In this document: positions 45,081 through 53,157 of the stretch, piece by piece
Layout: every line of letters starts with the position of its first letter
Numbering within the stretch: the stretch's first letter is position 1
Virus record (IMG/VR): IMGVR_UViG_2974506819_000001
Span: 98,789-162,788 of that record
Reading direction: 5' to 3' (one strand)
DNA length: 64,000 nt
Source of the DNA: a virus
Lineage: Duplodnaviria; Heunggongvirae; Uroviricota; Caudoviricetes
Notes under the pieces: model-generated
Database searches by the model: none
The model's input: the letters and a program-made list of their open reading frames with translations, nothing else
Told to the model about the DNA's origin: nothing
Position numbers and translations under genes: made by a program

Positions 45081-45746
45081 ATGAAGATAGAACAAAGTTT
45101 GCTCGATCGTTTTATTGCCGTGCGTAGTTCGGAGTTAACGGCCGAACAGATAACCCAGTATTTTGACGGTCTTACCCTCGAAGACCTTCAGCTTACCGCC
45201 ATCAAGTGGGACGGTAATAACAACCGAGCCGTTCGTGGCGTAATGGTGTGTAAGAGCCGTAAATGGCGAGCGATTCGTGTAGCATGGACCAACACCGCCA
45301 TGTCCAGCATGATCAAACCGGATTTCCTGGATGACCGTACGTTGGCAGAATTCTTGACAGAGGTTGTACCGGGTAAGTTGCATGTCATCCCCAGTGACAA
45401 CCGCGGTCAGATGGGTCATATCTGTATCCCGTCTGCTGCTGGACAGAGTTACGATCAAGAAACCCTGATGTCCTTGCTGGGTGCATTAACCGGGTATGAC
45501 TTCACTGACATGGGGACATTGAAAGATGAGTACGGTAAACCGTGCCACGTTATTGAAACGTTCCCTAACCCAACGATAGAAGACAGTGTCATACCGGACA
45601 TCAGCATGAATGGGCGTGTTGATTACGCGTACCGCATCTCTGGTCCGATTGCCGAAGGTATCGTGCTGTTTGTGAATGACGGTTACCACCAGTTCCAGAA
45701 TGACGTGGACATTGGTGTACTGCCGGGTGAGTTACCTACCACGTAA
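45081..45746 (+). CDS. Paralogue family member 2 (221 aa)
   Basis: SD aaggaaag; LGALTGYDFTDMG, LFVNDGYHQFQNDVDIGVLP; terminator 45752-45797 follows. Confidence 0.55.
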   Translation: MKIEQSLLDRFIAVRSSELTAEQITQYFDGLTLEDLQLTAIKWDGNNNRAVRGVMVCKSRKWRAIRVAWTNTAMSSMIKPDFLDDRTLAEFLTEVVPGKLHVIPSDNRGQMGHICIPSAAGQSYDQETLMSLLGALTGYDFTDMGTLKDEYGKPCHVIETFPNPTIEDSVIPDISMNGRVDYAYRISGPIAEGIVLFVNDGYHQFQNDVDIGVLPGELPTT

Positions 45747-45751
45747 TAATA

Positions 45752-45797
45752 AACTCCTGGGGCTTCGGTCCTGGGAGTTATTGTCATTATTTTTTCA
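45752..45797 (+). terminator. Rho-independent terminator
   Basis: Hairpin aactcctgggg-cttcgg-tcctgggagtt then attattttttc. Confidence 0.6.
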
Positions 45798-45860
45798 CAC
45801 CTACATTATCTATATGTAAGACAACCGGTTTCTTACTCATTTAACTCAAAAGGATAGATC

Positions 45861-46121
45861 ATGTCTAAGAGCATCAAAATCGCAGAATCGCAGCTGGGCT
45901 TTGTTGGAGAAACCAAAGAGTTCGTAGTCACCGGTGTGAAAGCTGGTTCTTTCACCATCGCCAAAGACGAGCAGGTGCTGTCTGTGGAAGGTAGCCTCGA
46001 CGGCCTGAAGGTTGCCGATCTGGTTGTGGTGAAAGACGGTTCGCTGTGGAAGAAAGGCACCGAAACCAGTCAGAAAAAGCACAACCCGTCGCCGGCCACC
46101 ATGGCTGAATACGGTTTCTAA
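45861..46121 (+). CDS. Small highly expressed protein (86 aa), possibly virion-associated
   Basis: SD aaaaggatag; strongly biased codons; strong terminator 46142-46165. Confidence 0.5.
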   Translation: MSKSIKIAESQLGFVGETKEFVVTGVKAGSFTIAKDEQVLSVEGSLDGLKVADLVVVKDGSLWKKGTETSQKKHNPSPATMAEYGF

Positions 46122-46141
46122 TCTTCGATCATGCTGGCGCG

Positions 46142-46165
46142 CTCCGTACCCTTCGGGGTACGGAG
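46142..46165 (+). terminator. Rho-independent terminator (tail overlaps the next gene's promoter-like motif)
   Basis: 10-bp stem ctccgtaccc / gggtacggag with UUCG loop. Confidence 0.6.
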
Positions 46166-46167
46166 TT

Positions 46168-46183
46168 CAATAACTACAATATC
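46168..46183 (+). promoter_or_regulatory. Second conserved motif CAATAACTACAATATC (contains -10-like TACAAT)
   Basis: 18 nt upstream of ATG 46201; near-identical copy at 60285-60302. Confidence 0.4.
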
Positions 46184-46200
46184 AGAGTTTTTCGTGAACC

Positions 46201-46770
46201 ATGAAAAGAACAAAAAACATTAACCGAGCACGGTTTCGTAAGAAGTTAGTTGTGACTCACGCTTCTTTGTTTTACGGCGGGATATTAGGTGCTGCACTTT
46301 TCTTAACGGGGTGTGATGATACCACGACCCGAACTGAATACCTCAACCGTCCTTATACTGATGCGGTTGATTGTTACAAACACAGTGACTTAAGTTATGA
46401 TGACTGTGTGCGTGGGCAGAAACAGGCCGTTGAAGAGGCCATGGCGACGAAACGCTTTTCCTCCAGAGAAGAGTGTCTTCGGGACAACCCCAATAACGAT
46501 TGTCAACAGAACGGTAGCGGGTCCCATGCAACGTACTACCCCTATCCCCACTATTACGGTTACAACACCGCCACGGGAACGGGACAAGCCTTTTACCAGG
46601 GAAGAAGCAGCAACAGTTTTTCCTCCTCTCAAGGTAAATCGTTTAACGCCAAAACGTCCAGTGTACCCAGAACGTACACAACCACACGTGGTGGTTTCGG
46701 TTCGTCTTTCGGATCTTCGTCTCATTCATCTTTCTCGTCTTCTTCCTCCCGGAGCAGTTTTGGGGGATAA
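46201..46770 (+). CDS. Lipoprotein with Ser/Gly-rich low-complexity C-terminus (189 aa)
   Basis: Lipobox FLTGC after long basic n-region; C-term SSFGSSSHSSFSSSSSRSSFGG. Confidence 0.5.
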   Translation: MKRTKNINRARFRKKLVVTHASLFYGGILGAALFLTGCDDTTTRTEYLNRPYTDAVDCYKHSDLSYDDCVRGQKQAVEEAMATKRFSSREECLRDNPNNDCQQNGSGSHATYYPYPHYYGYNTATGTGQAFYQGRSSNSFSSSQGKSFNAKTSSVPRTYTTTRGGFGSSFGSSSHSSFSSSSSRSSFGG

Positions 46771-46787
46771 CCATTAAGGTAACAATT

Positions 46788-47339
46788 ATGAGCATCATTG
46801 TTTACTCACCGTCTGAGATGTGTATTATTGCAGATACCTTTACTCTGCATACGGATGATTTCAACGGGGCTATCAGTCAGGCATCGTTTCGTAACGAAAG
46901 CAAGATTGTTACCACAGACGATCAACATTTCGCCTACTGCTTTGAAGAGACCCAGGCTCCGGCATTTATTCCGGTACTGACGGCGTACCTTAAACGGTAT
47001 GAACTTGGGTTGCTGAAGAAAGACGACAAGCTTCCCCTCTATGAACCCATTCAGTTCTCGCTGGGTATCATGAGTAAACGTTACATGTACCGGGTCATCA
47101 ACCGGAAAGACAAGATCACCATCAGTCGTCGAGTGATGACGTTCTGTAATCATTGTGACAATGCGTCGTTAATGTATGCGGCTAAATTGCCAGCAATGGA
47201 AGTGTGGGAAGAGCTAACGAAGATGGATGATGTCTATCATGGGTTAGTGCCAGACGTGGTCACCAACAAGCATCTCAAGCTGATTAAGAAGCAAAAGAAA
47301 ACCACCGTCCAGCCTGACCAGATTACGACCGAGGTGTAA
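46788..47339 (+). CDS. Hypothetical protein (183 aa)
   Basis: ATG; good coding character. Confidence 0.5.
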   Translation: MSIIVYSPSEMCIIADTFTLHTDDFNGAISQASFRNESKIVTTDDQHFAYCFEETQAPAFIPVLTAYLKRYELGLLKKDDKLPLYEPIQFSLGIMSKRYMYRVINRKDKITISRRVMTFCNHCDNASLMYAAKLPAMEVWEELTKMDDVYHGLVPDVVTNKHLKLIKKQKKTTVQPDQITTEV

Positions 47340-47342
47340 CCC

Positions 47343-47819
47343 ATGTTTATTACCGACAATAAGTATGCTGCCTTCAGCGATTGCAAAGACGACATGAAAT
47401 GTGGTCCGTATGAAGTTATGCCGTATGTGGTAGAGTATAAAGAACAACACTACCTGTTGTGGCAGGGCGAGATTAAAAACGCAAAAGGTACCGACCGTTA
47501 TACACTGGGTTTGTTAATGAACAAGCACGGTGTGTTCTTCCATTGCCAAATCGATCAGGTCACCCTGTCCGTAATGCAAACTGTACCGGCGATTAAGAAC
47601 CGTGTACTGAGCCTCTGTAGTGTGGACTCCGAGAACGGGCGTTTCCAGGTGGGAATTATGGAACGGGCTATGCGTTATCACGGTTGGTCGGTGAAAGAGC
47701 TGTTTGATAACTTCCGCAACTGCGGGACCTCTTACCTGACGCAGTGTGTCAGCATTGATGATTTGAAGAAACGCCTGGAGAAAGTAAATGAAAGTGACAT
47801 CAACTACCACCTCAATTAA
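47343..47819 (+). CDS. Hypothetical protein (158 aa)
   Basis: ATG 4 nt after upstream stop. Confidence 0.5.
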   Translation: MFITDNKYAAFSDCKDDMKCGPYEVMPYVVEYKEQHYLLWQGEIKNAKGTDRYTLGLLMNKHGVFFHCQIDQVTLSVMQTVPAIKNRVLSLCSVDSENGRFQVGIMERAMRYHGWSVKELFDNFRNCGTSYLTQCVSIDDLKKRLEKVNESDINYHLN

Positions 47820-48159
47820 GAGCGTGGAGATTACTGGCACCATGATTGCAGGACCACACAAGTTAACCCGCAGTGTGCGTCGTGAATTGTTGGAAAGCAT
47901 TAAGCGGGAAGAACTGAAAGTATACCAGCGCATCTTAAGCTACGGAGCCAAGACCTATGCCGAACTTGAGTTGGCACAGTGCGGTGAAGTTACCTCCCTG
48001 CATTTCCACGACAAAAAGAAAACCAACAAGGTTACCGTTGTCCTGGATAAAGCCACCTGGGAAAACCGCAGCTGGGCCAGTTCGTTTGACTTGGTACGTT
48101 TATACGTGGTCGATAAAGTCCTCGGCCCTCACTACATTTATGGTTTACGTTTCCTGTAA
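47788..48159 (+). CDS. Hypothetical protein (123 aa)
   Basis: ATG with SD ggag; overlaps upstream gene by 32 nt. Confidence 0.4.
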   Translation: MKVTSTTTSIKSVEITGTMIAGPHKLTRSVRRELLESIKREELKVYQRILSYGAKTYAELELAQCGEVTSLHFHDKKKTNKVTVVLDKATWENRSWASSFDLVRLYVVDKVLGPHYIYGLRFL

Positions 48160-48169
48160 GGATAGAACA

Positions 48170-48754
48170 ATGTCTGATTCCGTTAAGCACACACCGCACA
48201 ACCGTCATCCTGAAGGTGACGATCCGTTTGAAAAATACATTCGCTTAGAGCGCCACCAGTTGGCCATGGGCGATTTAACCGACGATGCATTAGCCAATGC
48301 CGTTTACCTGCACGGTAACGTAACACCGAAGATTGAAGACGTGTTAAGCGGTGAAGCAAAAATGCCGATCATTTATCTTACCGCGGCCAAAGAACGTATT
48401 CGTTGGTTAAGCCGTCGCAACATGAAGCTGGAGCAACAGCTGGCAGAAGCGCAGGCTGCCTTGGCGGAGAAGAACCGTTATGTTCAAATTGACGGGGCGG
48501 TCAGTGAACACGGTTCGGCAAACGGCGAACTTAAGAACATCATATTGAAACAGCTTTCCCACACTCCGGCCAAAGAGATCTCTATCTCCAAGCCATTACA
48601 AGACGCTATCAAGAACGGCGGTGGAATTCCTCGCGGAAGTTTTTATATGATTGCTGCAATTACTCCGCCTGAAAAGTCACGCCTTCTGATTATAGAAGGT
48701 TCCTATGACACTACTGAAAAAGCTCCCGATGGGGGAGAAGGCCAGGGAAGTTGA
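48170..48754 (+). CDS. Hypothetical protein (194 aa)
   Basis: ATG 48170 with SD aagga (ORF-track 47957 start runs through the upstream gene in another frame). Confidence 0.45.
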   Translation: MSDSVKHTPHNRHPEGDDPFEKYIRLERHQLAMGDLTDDALANAVYLHGNVTPKIEDVLSGEAKMPIIYLTAAKERIRWLSRRNMKLEQQLAEAQAALAEKNRYVQIDGAVSEHGSANGELKNIILKQLSHTPAKEISISKPLQDAIKNGGGIPRGSFYMIAAITPPEKSRLLIIEGSYDTTEKAPDGGEGQGS

Positions 48755-49067
48755 TACCCTGGCTTTAAGTGAACTCATTGAAGATGGCCTGCACGAAACT
48801 GAAACGTCAGGCTACTTCAAATCCAAACGCGGTGGTTACGTTTATTTAAGTGCTGCCGCGGCGGCTGTTATCCGGCTTTTTGTTGCTGACATTAAGGCCC
48901 ACGCTAAAGAACACAAATACGAGTTCGCAAATGCAACCAAACAAGGTTGCTTTATGTTGTGGAAGCATTCCAACGAGAAAGCCCGCAACCGTGAACTTTA
49001 TTATCGTTATGCGTTTCATCCACCGGTTGAAAGACACATCCCGGTGGTGGACCTGCAAATTCCGTAG
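48705..49067 (+). CDS. Hypothetical protein (120 aa)
   Basis: ATG with SD aagg; 50-nt overlap with upstream gene; alternative ATG at 48729. Confidence 0.4.
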   Translation: MTLLKKLPMGEKAREVDTLALSELIEDGLHETETSGYFKSKRGGYVYLSAAAAAVIRLFVADIKAHAKEHKYEFANATKQGCFMLWKHSNEKARNRELYYRYAFHPPVERHIPVVDLQIP

Positions 49068-49076
49068 GGAACCCCC

Positions 49077-49466
49077 ATGAAAAACCATGGCATTATCCGT
49101 CGTACTCCTGAAAACAGTCTCCATACGTTCCTGGTGAAGTTGGACGCGGACTGTGTCCCTGAAGGTGATAACCGTCAAATCTTTGCGGTAATCGACCGTC
49201 AGTTTCAAACGCTTGGGACAGCGCGTATTAAAGAACGTCGACACGGTCAATATGTGTTTGAGATGGTTATCCCCAATAAAGCCACAGCCGCCGCGTTGTA
49301 TTCGTTAACCGATAAAGAAAACCAATCTGCGGGGAACATTTGGGGGCACAGCAACCGACGTTGCCAGGATATCTTCTGTATTGAATTGGGTATCATGAGC
49401 CAGGCTAACAATCCGGAAAGTTTTGGTTATCGGGAGTATAATCCGATTTACCGTAACCTGCACTAA
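49077..49466 (+). CDS. Hypothetical protein (129 aa)
   Basis: ATG with SD taggga; hairpin 49480-49507 downstream. Confidence 0.5.
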   Translation: MKNHGIIRRTPENSLHTFLVKLDADCVPEGDNRQIFAVIDRQFQTLGTARIKERRHGQYVFEMVIPNKATAAALYSLTDKENQSAGNIWGHSNRRCQDIFCIELGIMSQANNPESFGYREYNPIYRNLH

Positions 49467-49531
49467 GTAAAGTTTCTCTGGTGGTTTATTATATTACGTA
49501 AACCACCTCACTCCCTTTAAAAGGAAACCTC

Positions 49532-50146
49532 ATGTTTAACGTCACCATTTTTGATAAAATCATCAGCTGGTCTAAAGCCCGCAACATTATTGGTGCTGGC
49601 ACTACCATCGGTCAGGTTGGTAAATTCAACGAAGAAGTTGGGGAAATCCAAACCGGTCTGGTACGGACTAACGTTGCTGATATCAAAGATGCGGTTGGGG
49701 ATGCGCTGGTTATTATGACCAACGTGCTGACAATGGAGCAGTACGCGGTGAAGCAAACCATCAACCTGTTGGTGGAGCCGACGCCGCGTTTTAAAGACCT
49801 GCACGACAACCACATCATTTGTGGCATCAACTACAAGTGGTGTAAATACTTCTGGGAAGAAGGTTTCCTGGGGATGTGCATGACCGACCTGGATGACCTG
49901 GCAAGCGACGTGGTAGAGCTGCTGGCTGAGTTGGCGCGTCGTCACGGTTTCACCTTGACCGAAGCTATTGAACATTCCTACGCGCAGATTGAGCACCGCG
50001 TGGGTATCTTCTACAACAACGTCTTTATCAAGCAACAAGACTTCACCGTTGACCTGTTGCAGAACATCATCGCCGACAGTGAAATCACTGATGCTGTCCG
50101 TGTCTTTGCTGACGAACAACTTCACCTGCTGCGAGAGAAACTGTAA
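49532..50146 (+). CDS. mazG: MazG-like nucleoside triphosphate pyrophosphohydrolase (204 aa)
   Basis: MazG EEVGE motif FNEEVGEIQ and acidic DAVGDALV motif; SD aaaaggaaa. Confidence 0.65.
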   Translation: MFNVTIFDKIISWSKARNIIGAGTTIGQVGKFNEEVGEIQTGLVRTNVADIKDAVGDALVIMTNVLTMEQYAVKQTINLLVEPTPRFKDLHDNHIICGINYKWCKYFWEEGFLGMCMTDLDDLASDVVELLAELARRHGFTLTEAIEHSYAQIEHRVGIFYNNVFIKQQDFTVDLLQNIIADSEITDAVRVFADEQLHLLREKL

Positions 50147-50418
50147 TGTCCGAAATCAAAATTGAACAAAAGCTCAGCAAACAACACAGCGCGGATATGC
50201 AAGCCCAGTATAAAAACGGGGTGGTGTATATCCTGAGCAAGCGTCCAGACGACAACAAGTGTGCGGCAGACCTGATTGCCGGTAAAGCCAAACGCATCAT
50301 GTTCCTGCACTCTAAGTTGGTCGTTCACGCTGAGGTTCTGAACAATGCCGATATTGACCTGAAAGGCAAATTCAAGGTCAGTAAGCTCGACGACGGTTTC
50401 GCTATTCATCCACTGTAA
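50146..50418 (+). CDS. Hypothetical protein (90 aa)
   Basis: ATG overlaps MazG stop (TAATG); terminator follows. Confidence 0.5.
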   Translation: MSEIKIEQKLSKQHSADMQAQYKNGVVYILSKRPDDNKCAADLIAGKAKRIMFLHSKLVVHAEVLNNADIDLKGKFKVSKLDDGFAIHPL

Positions 50419-50424
50419 CAGTTG

Positions 50425-50460
50425 CCTCCTTACCCTAGGGTAAGGAGGTAGGAGTTTATT
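50425..50460 (+). terminator. Terminator whose 3' arm doubles as SD of the next gene
   Basis: 11-bp stem cctccttaccc / gggtaaggagg, then taggagtttatt-ATG. Confidence 0.6.
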
Positions 50461-50874
50461 ATGGGTCTCTTATTTATTCCCGGTTTCTTTTTCCTTTTGG
50501 GTGTCATGGTATTGTTCCCTAAGAAAGACCGCAGTAAGAACCGGGTGACTTTCTTTAAGGTAATGACGGGTATCGCTGTGTTCTTTACGGTACAAGTCCT
50601 TACCATGAATTACGTGTACAATCGCGTAGGGGACAAGTATTATGTCGAAGGCACCATAACCCATACCGGTCCCGCTAAAGAAGGCGGGTTCTTTGAACAG
50701 GCAGGATGTTATGCCAGTGTTCGCACCGAGAGTGGTAATATTGTCACTCCTTGGATACCCAACTGCGGGGTCGTGGGAATGAAAGTGTATAAAGCTTGCG
50801 AAGGCACTAGCTGTTATGGTTCATGGGTTAGTTATAATGAGTTGTCCCCAGGACATCGTCTCTCCCGCAGTTAA
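50461..50874 (+). CDS. Membrane protein with two N-terminal TM helices and Cys-containing periplasmic domain (137 aa)
   Basis: SD aggag formed by the 3' arm of the upstream terminator; bracketed by terminators. Confidence 0.5.
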   Translation: MGLLFIPGFFFLLGVMVLFPKKDRSKNRVTFFKVMTGIAVFFTVQVLTMNYVYNRVGDKYYVEGTITHTGPAKEGGFFEQAGCYASVRTESGNIVTPWIPNCGVVGMKVYKACEGTSCYGSWVSYNELSPGHRLSRS

Positions 50875-50875
50875 C

Positions 50876-50925
50876 CTACTCCTACTCCCTTCTGGGGAGT
50901 AGGAGTAAACCCTGGCTTATTTATT
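50876..50925 (+). terminator. Rho-independent terminator
   Basis: 13-bp stem tactcctactccc / gggagtaggagta, then U-rich tail. Confidence 0.7.
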
Positions 50926-51003
50926 GTTTGTTATCTTGGATGTCGTAATACTTCGTATTACTCCGCTATTAACTGTCGATCCCTGGACAGTATAGGTAGG
51001 ATG

Positions 51004-51021
51004 ATATTAATAAGTTAATAT
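51004..51021. promoter_or_regulatory. 18-bp AT-rich palindrome ATATTAATAAGTTAATAT overlapping a TATAAT element upstream of the highly expressed gene 51099
   Basis: Perfect inverted repeat atattaa / ttaatat around taag. Confidence 0.35.
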
Positions 51022-51098
51022 AATAGTACCAAAATAAAACTTTATGGGTTTAATGTTATGCAACACCCGAAGTCGTATTATTTGAAAAGGATACCATC

Positions 51099-51749
51099 AT
51101 GGCTCTTATTAATTTCGAAACCGCGTTTCTGGACAAGTTCAAAGCAGCTCACGTTGCCGAGCATGACCTGAGCGCCCTCCTGCCGCAGCACCTGTCTGTT
51201 GCCGCAGCAGCTATCGCCGACGTGGGTGGTACTGCTAAGTTCAAAGGCAACGTCGTGTCTGTTGTGGGTTCTCCGATCAAGTTCTCTGCTGTTGATCAGC
51301 TGTGGAACCCGACCAAGCTGTCTGCGCTGGTCATGGACGGTTACATCACTGAAACCGATCCGGCTGTGTTCACCTCGAACACCACCAAAGAAGTGTACAC
51401 CGAAGTAGGTACCATCGTTCTGCGTCTGGAAACCCTGACCGGTGACGGCGCGTCTGACCTCGACCTGATCAAAGATCGTCTGGGCGTCCTGACCAACTAT
51501 GACTTCGCCACTGCGGGTAAAATCGTAACGGCTGACGGCGTAACCGGTCTGGTGCAGGTAACAGCAACTGACGGTTCTACCGAACTGAACGGTTCTGACC
51601 TGAAGTCCGAAGATTTCGACCACGTGTACAAAATCGCCCTGGGCGGTAAACTGTTCGATAACGAACTGGTGTTCGTGGTTGGCGGTAACGGTACTGTTGA
51701 ACTGGCGTCGAAAGACCTCGGTGACGTAGCTACCCAGCAGACTGTTTAA
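51099..51749 (+). CDS. Paralogue family member 3 (216 aa), highly expressed, probable abundant structural protein
   Basis: SD aaaagga; biased codons; own AT-rich upstream region with 18-bp palindrome; strong bidirectional terminator; LGVLTNYDFATAGKIV matches family motif. Confidence 0.6.
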   Translation: MALINFETAFLDKFKAAHVAEHDLSALLPQHLSVAAAAIADVGGTAKFKGNVVSVVGSPIKFSAVDQLWNPTKLSALVMDGYITETDPAVFTSNTTKEVYTEVGTIVLRLETLTGDGASDLDLIKDRLGVLTNYDFATAGKIVTADGVTGLVQVTATDGSTELNGSDLKSEDFDHVYKIALGGKLFDNELVFVVGGNGTVELASKDLGDVATQQTV

Positions 51750-51772
51750 GTCTCTCGTTAAATAAGCAACCT

Positions 51773-51812
51773 TCTACCCTACCCCGCAAAGGGTAGGGTA
51801 GGGGTTTATACT
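51773..51812. terminator. Bidirectional terminator between family member 3 (+) and dam (-)
   Basis: 11-bp stem ctaccctaccc / gggtagggtag, loop cgcaaa, U-rich on both strands. Confidence 0.8.
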
Positions 51813-51814
51813 GT

Positions 51815-52609
51815 TTATTTGTACATCAGTAATTCCGTAACTGATTGGCGTGTGTCACCTTTACAACTGATGAGCCGCATAATGTCCAGCTCAACTAAAG
51901 AGAATTCGCTATAGAGTTCTTTTACAACATCATTGTTAGAGTTCGTGGCAATAACCTTTACACCTTTACTGGCTAATTCATTCAGGCGATATTTTAATTC
52001 TACCTGGTGAGTCATATTAAAGGGTTCTTTATTGTAGTTTGTAAAGTTGCTTGTGTAATTGAGGGGTACATAGGGTGGGTCGCAAAACACCACATCGTCT
52101 TTGTCTACCGATGCTAACGTCTCTTCAAAGGACTGATGGAGAAACACGGCATTCTGACTGCGTCTATGAAAATCCAGTAACTCTTCTTCCGGGAAGTACA
52201 CCGTTTTGTATTTTCCGTATGCGGCGTTAAACACCCCCTTCAGATTATACCGCACCAATCCATTAAAACTGTGGCGGTTTAAATACAACAGCAGCACGGC
52301 ACGTTCATAAGCGTCCTCAGAGTTGTTGTACTCGTCTCGGAACTTAAGGTACTGTTCTGGATTGTTGTGTTTAAACAACGCCTGTGTGTCCTTTATAACG
52401 CGTTTAACGTTATCCCTGACGGCAGTATGAAGACTGATTAAATCTTTGTTGTTATCTGAGAGAATATACTCGTCAAACTGGGTATTGAGAAAAACAGCAC
52501 CGCTTCCCACAAACGGTTCTATTAATCGCTTTCCAGAACCGACGTAGGGTAACAGTTGGTCGAGTACACGGGTTTTTCCGCCTACCCATTTCAAATACGG
52601 ACGTATCAT
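51815..52609 (-). CDS. dam: DNA adenine (N6) methyltransferase, Dam family (GATC-type)
   Basis: Colinear with E. coli Dam: YLKWVGGK, EPFVGSGAVFLN (FxGxG), YLNRHSFNGLVRYN, FCDPPYVPL (DPPY). Confidence 0.9.
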   Translation of the reverse strand: MIRPYLKWVGGKTRVLDQLLPYVGSGKRLIEPFVGSGAVFLNTQFDEYILSDNNKDLISLHTAVRDNVKRVIKDTQALFKHNNPEQYLKFRDEYNNSEDAYERAVLLLYLNRHSFNGLVRYNLKGVFNAAYGKYKTVYFPEEELLDFHRRSQNAVFLHQSFEETLASVDKDDVVFCDPPYVPLNYTSNFTNYNKEPFNMTHQVELKYRLNELASKGVKVIATNSNNDVVKELYSEFSLVELDIMRLISCKGDTRQSVTELLMYK

Positions 52610-52640
52610 GGAGTGCCCTTAACATACAGTAATTTTTACG

Positions 52641-52661
52641 TCTACATTATTAACATGAATA
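52641..52661 (+). promoter_or_regulatory. Conserved promoter-like motif copy (CTACATTATTAACATGAATAA)
   Basis: 33 nt upstream of ATG 52693. Confidence 0.4.
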
Positions 52662-52692
52662 ACGTATAGTATTTTTACTTGGAGTGTAACGA

Positions 52693-53121
52693 ATGAAAAA
52701 GGTAATTGCAGGTCTGGTTGCAGGTTTAGTTTTAGTATCCGGTTCAGCGTTCGCCGATACCGTGTTTTATTGTAAAAGTGATACTACTATGGTAACCGTC
52801 GTAGAGAAAAACAATATCTTTACGTTTAGCCAGTTTGAGAAAGGTCGTACCAAACCTGTGTTGTCTATTTCCAAACCCCGTGACAGCCTGGGGATGGACA
52901 TCAGTACCGAGAACGGCCGCGACTTTGCCATCTCGCTGATGTTCGTAGAAGGCGACATTGTTTATCAAGCTGCCAACGATAAACAAGGCGGTAAGAACTA
53001 CGGCAGCTTTGAAGTGCTGCGCATGGGAACGTCCGTGGGATTTGGCAAGTGTGAGCCTGACAGTTACATCCAGAAACTCACCGATGCGAAAACCATGAAA
53101 GACATCACGGTCGTTGATTAA
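52693..53121 (+). CDS. Secreted/periplasmic protein (142 aa)
   Basis: Signal peptide MKKVIAGLVAGLVLVSGSAFA; promoter motif copy 52641-52661 upstream. Confidence 0.55.
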   Translation: MKKVIAGLVAGLVLVSGSAFADTVFYCKSDTTMVTVVEKNNIFTFSQFEKGRTKPVLSISKPRDSLGMDISTENGRDFAISLMFVEGDIVYQAANDKQGGKNYGSFEVLRMGTSVGFGKCEPDSYIQKLTDAKTMKDITVVD

Positions 53122-53157
53122 CGTTATCAGTTATTCCACATAACAAAGGAAGGCAAT

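Noticed and set aside
51815-52609. Minus-strand dam gene flanked by hairpins as a possible insertion sequence or mobile element
   Set aside because: No transposase, no inverted terminal repeats or target-site duplication. The flanking hairpin is an ordinary bidirectional terminator. It is interpreted as a moron-like gene, not a mobile element.
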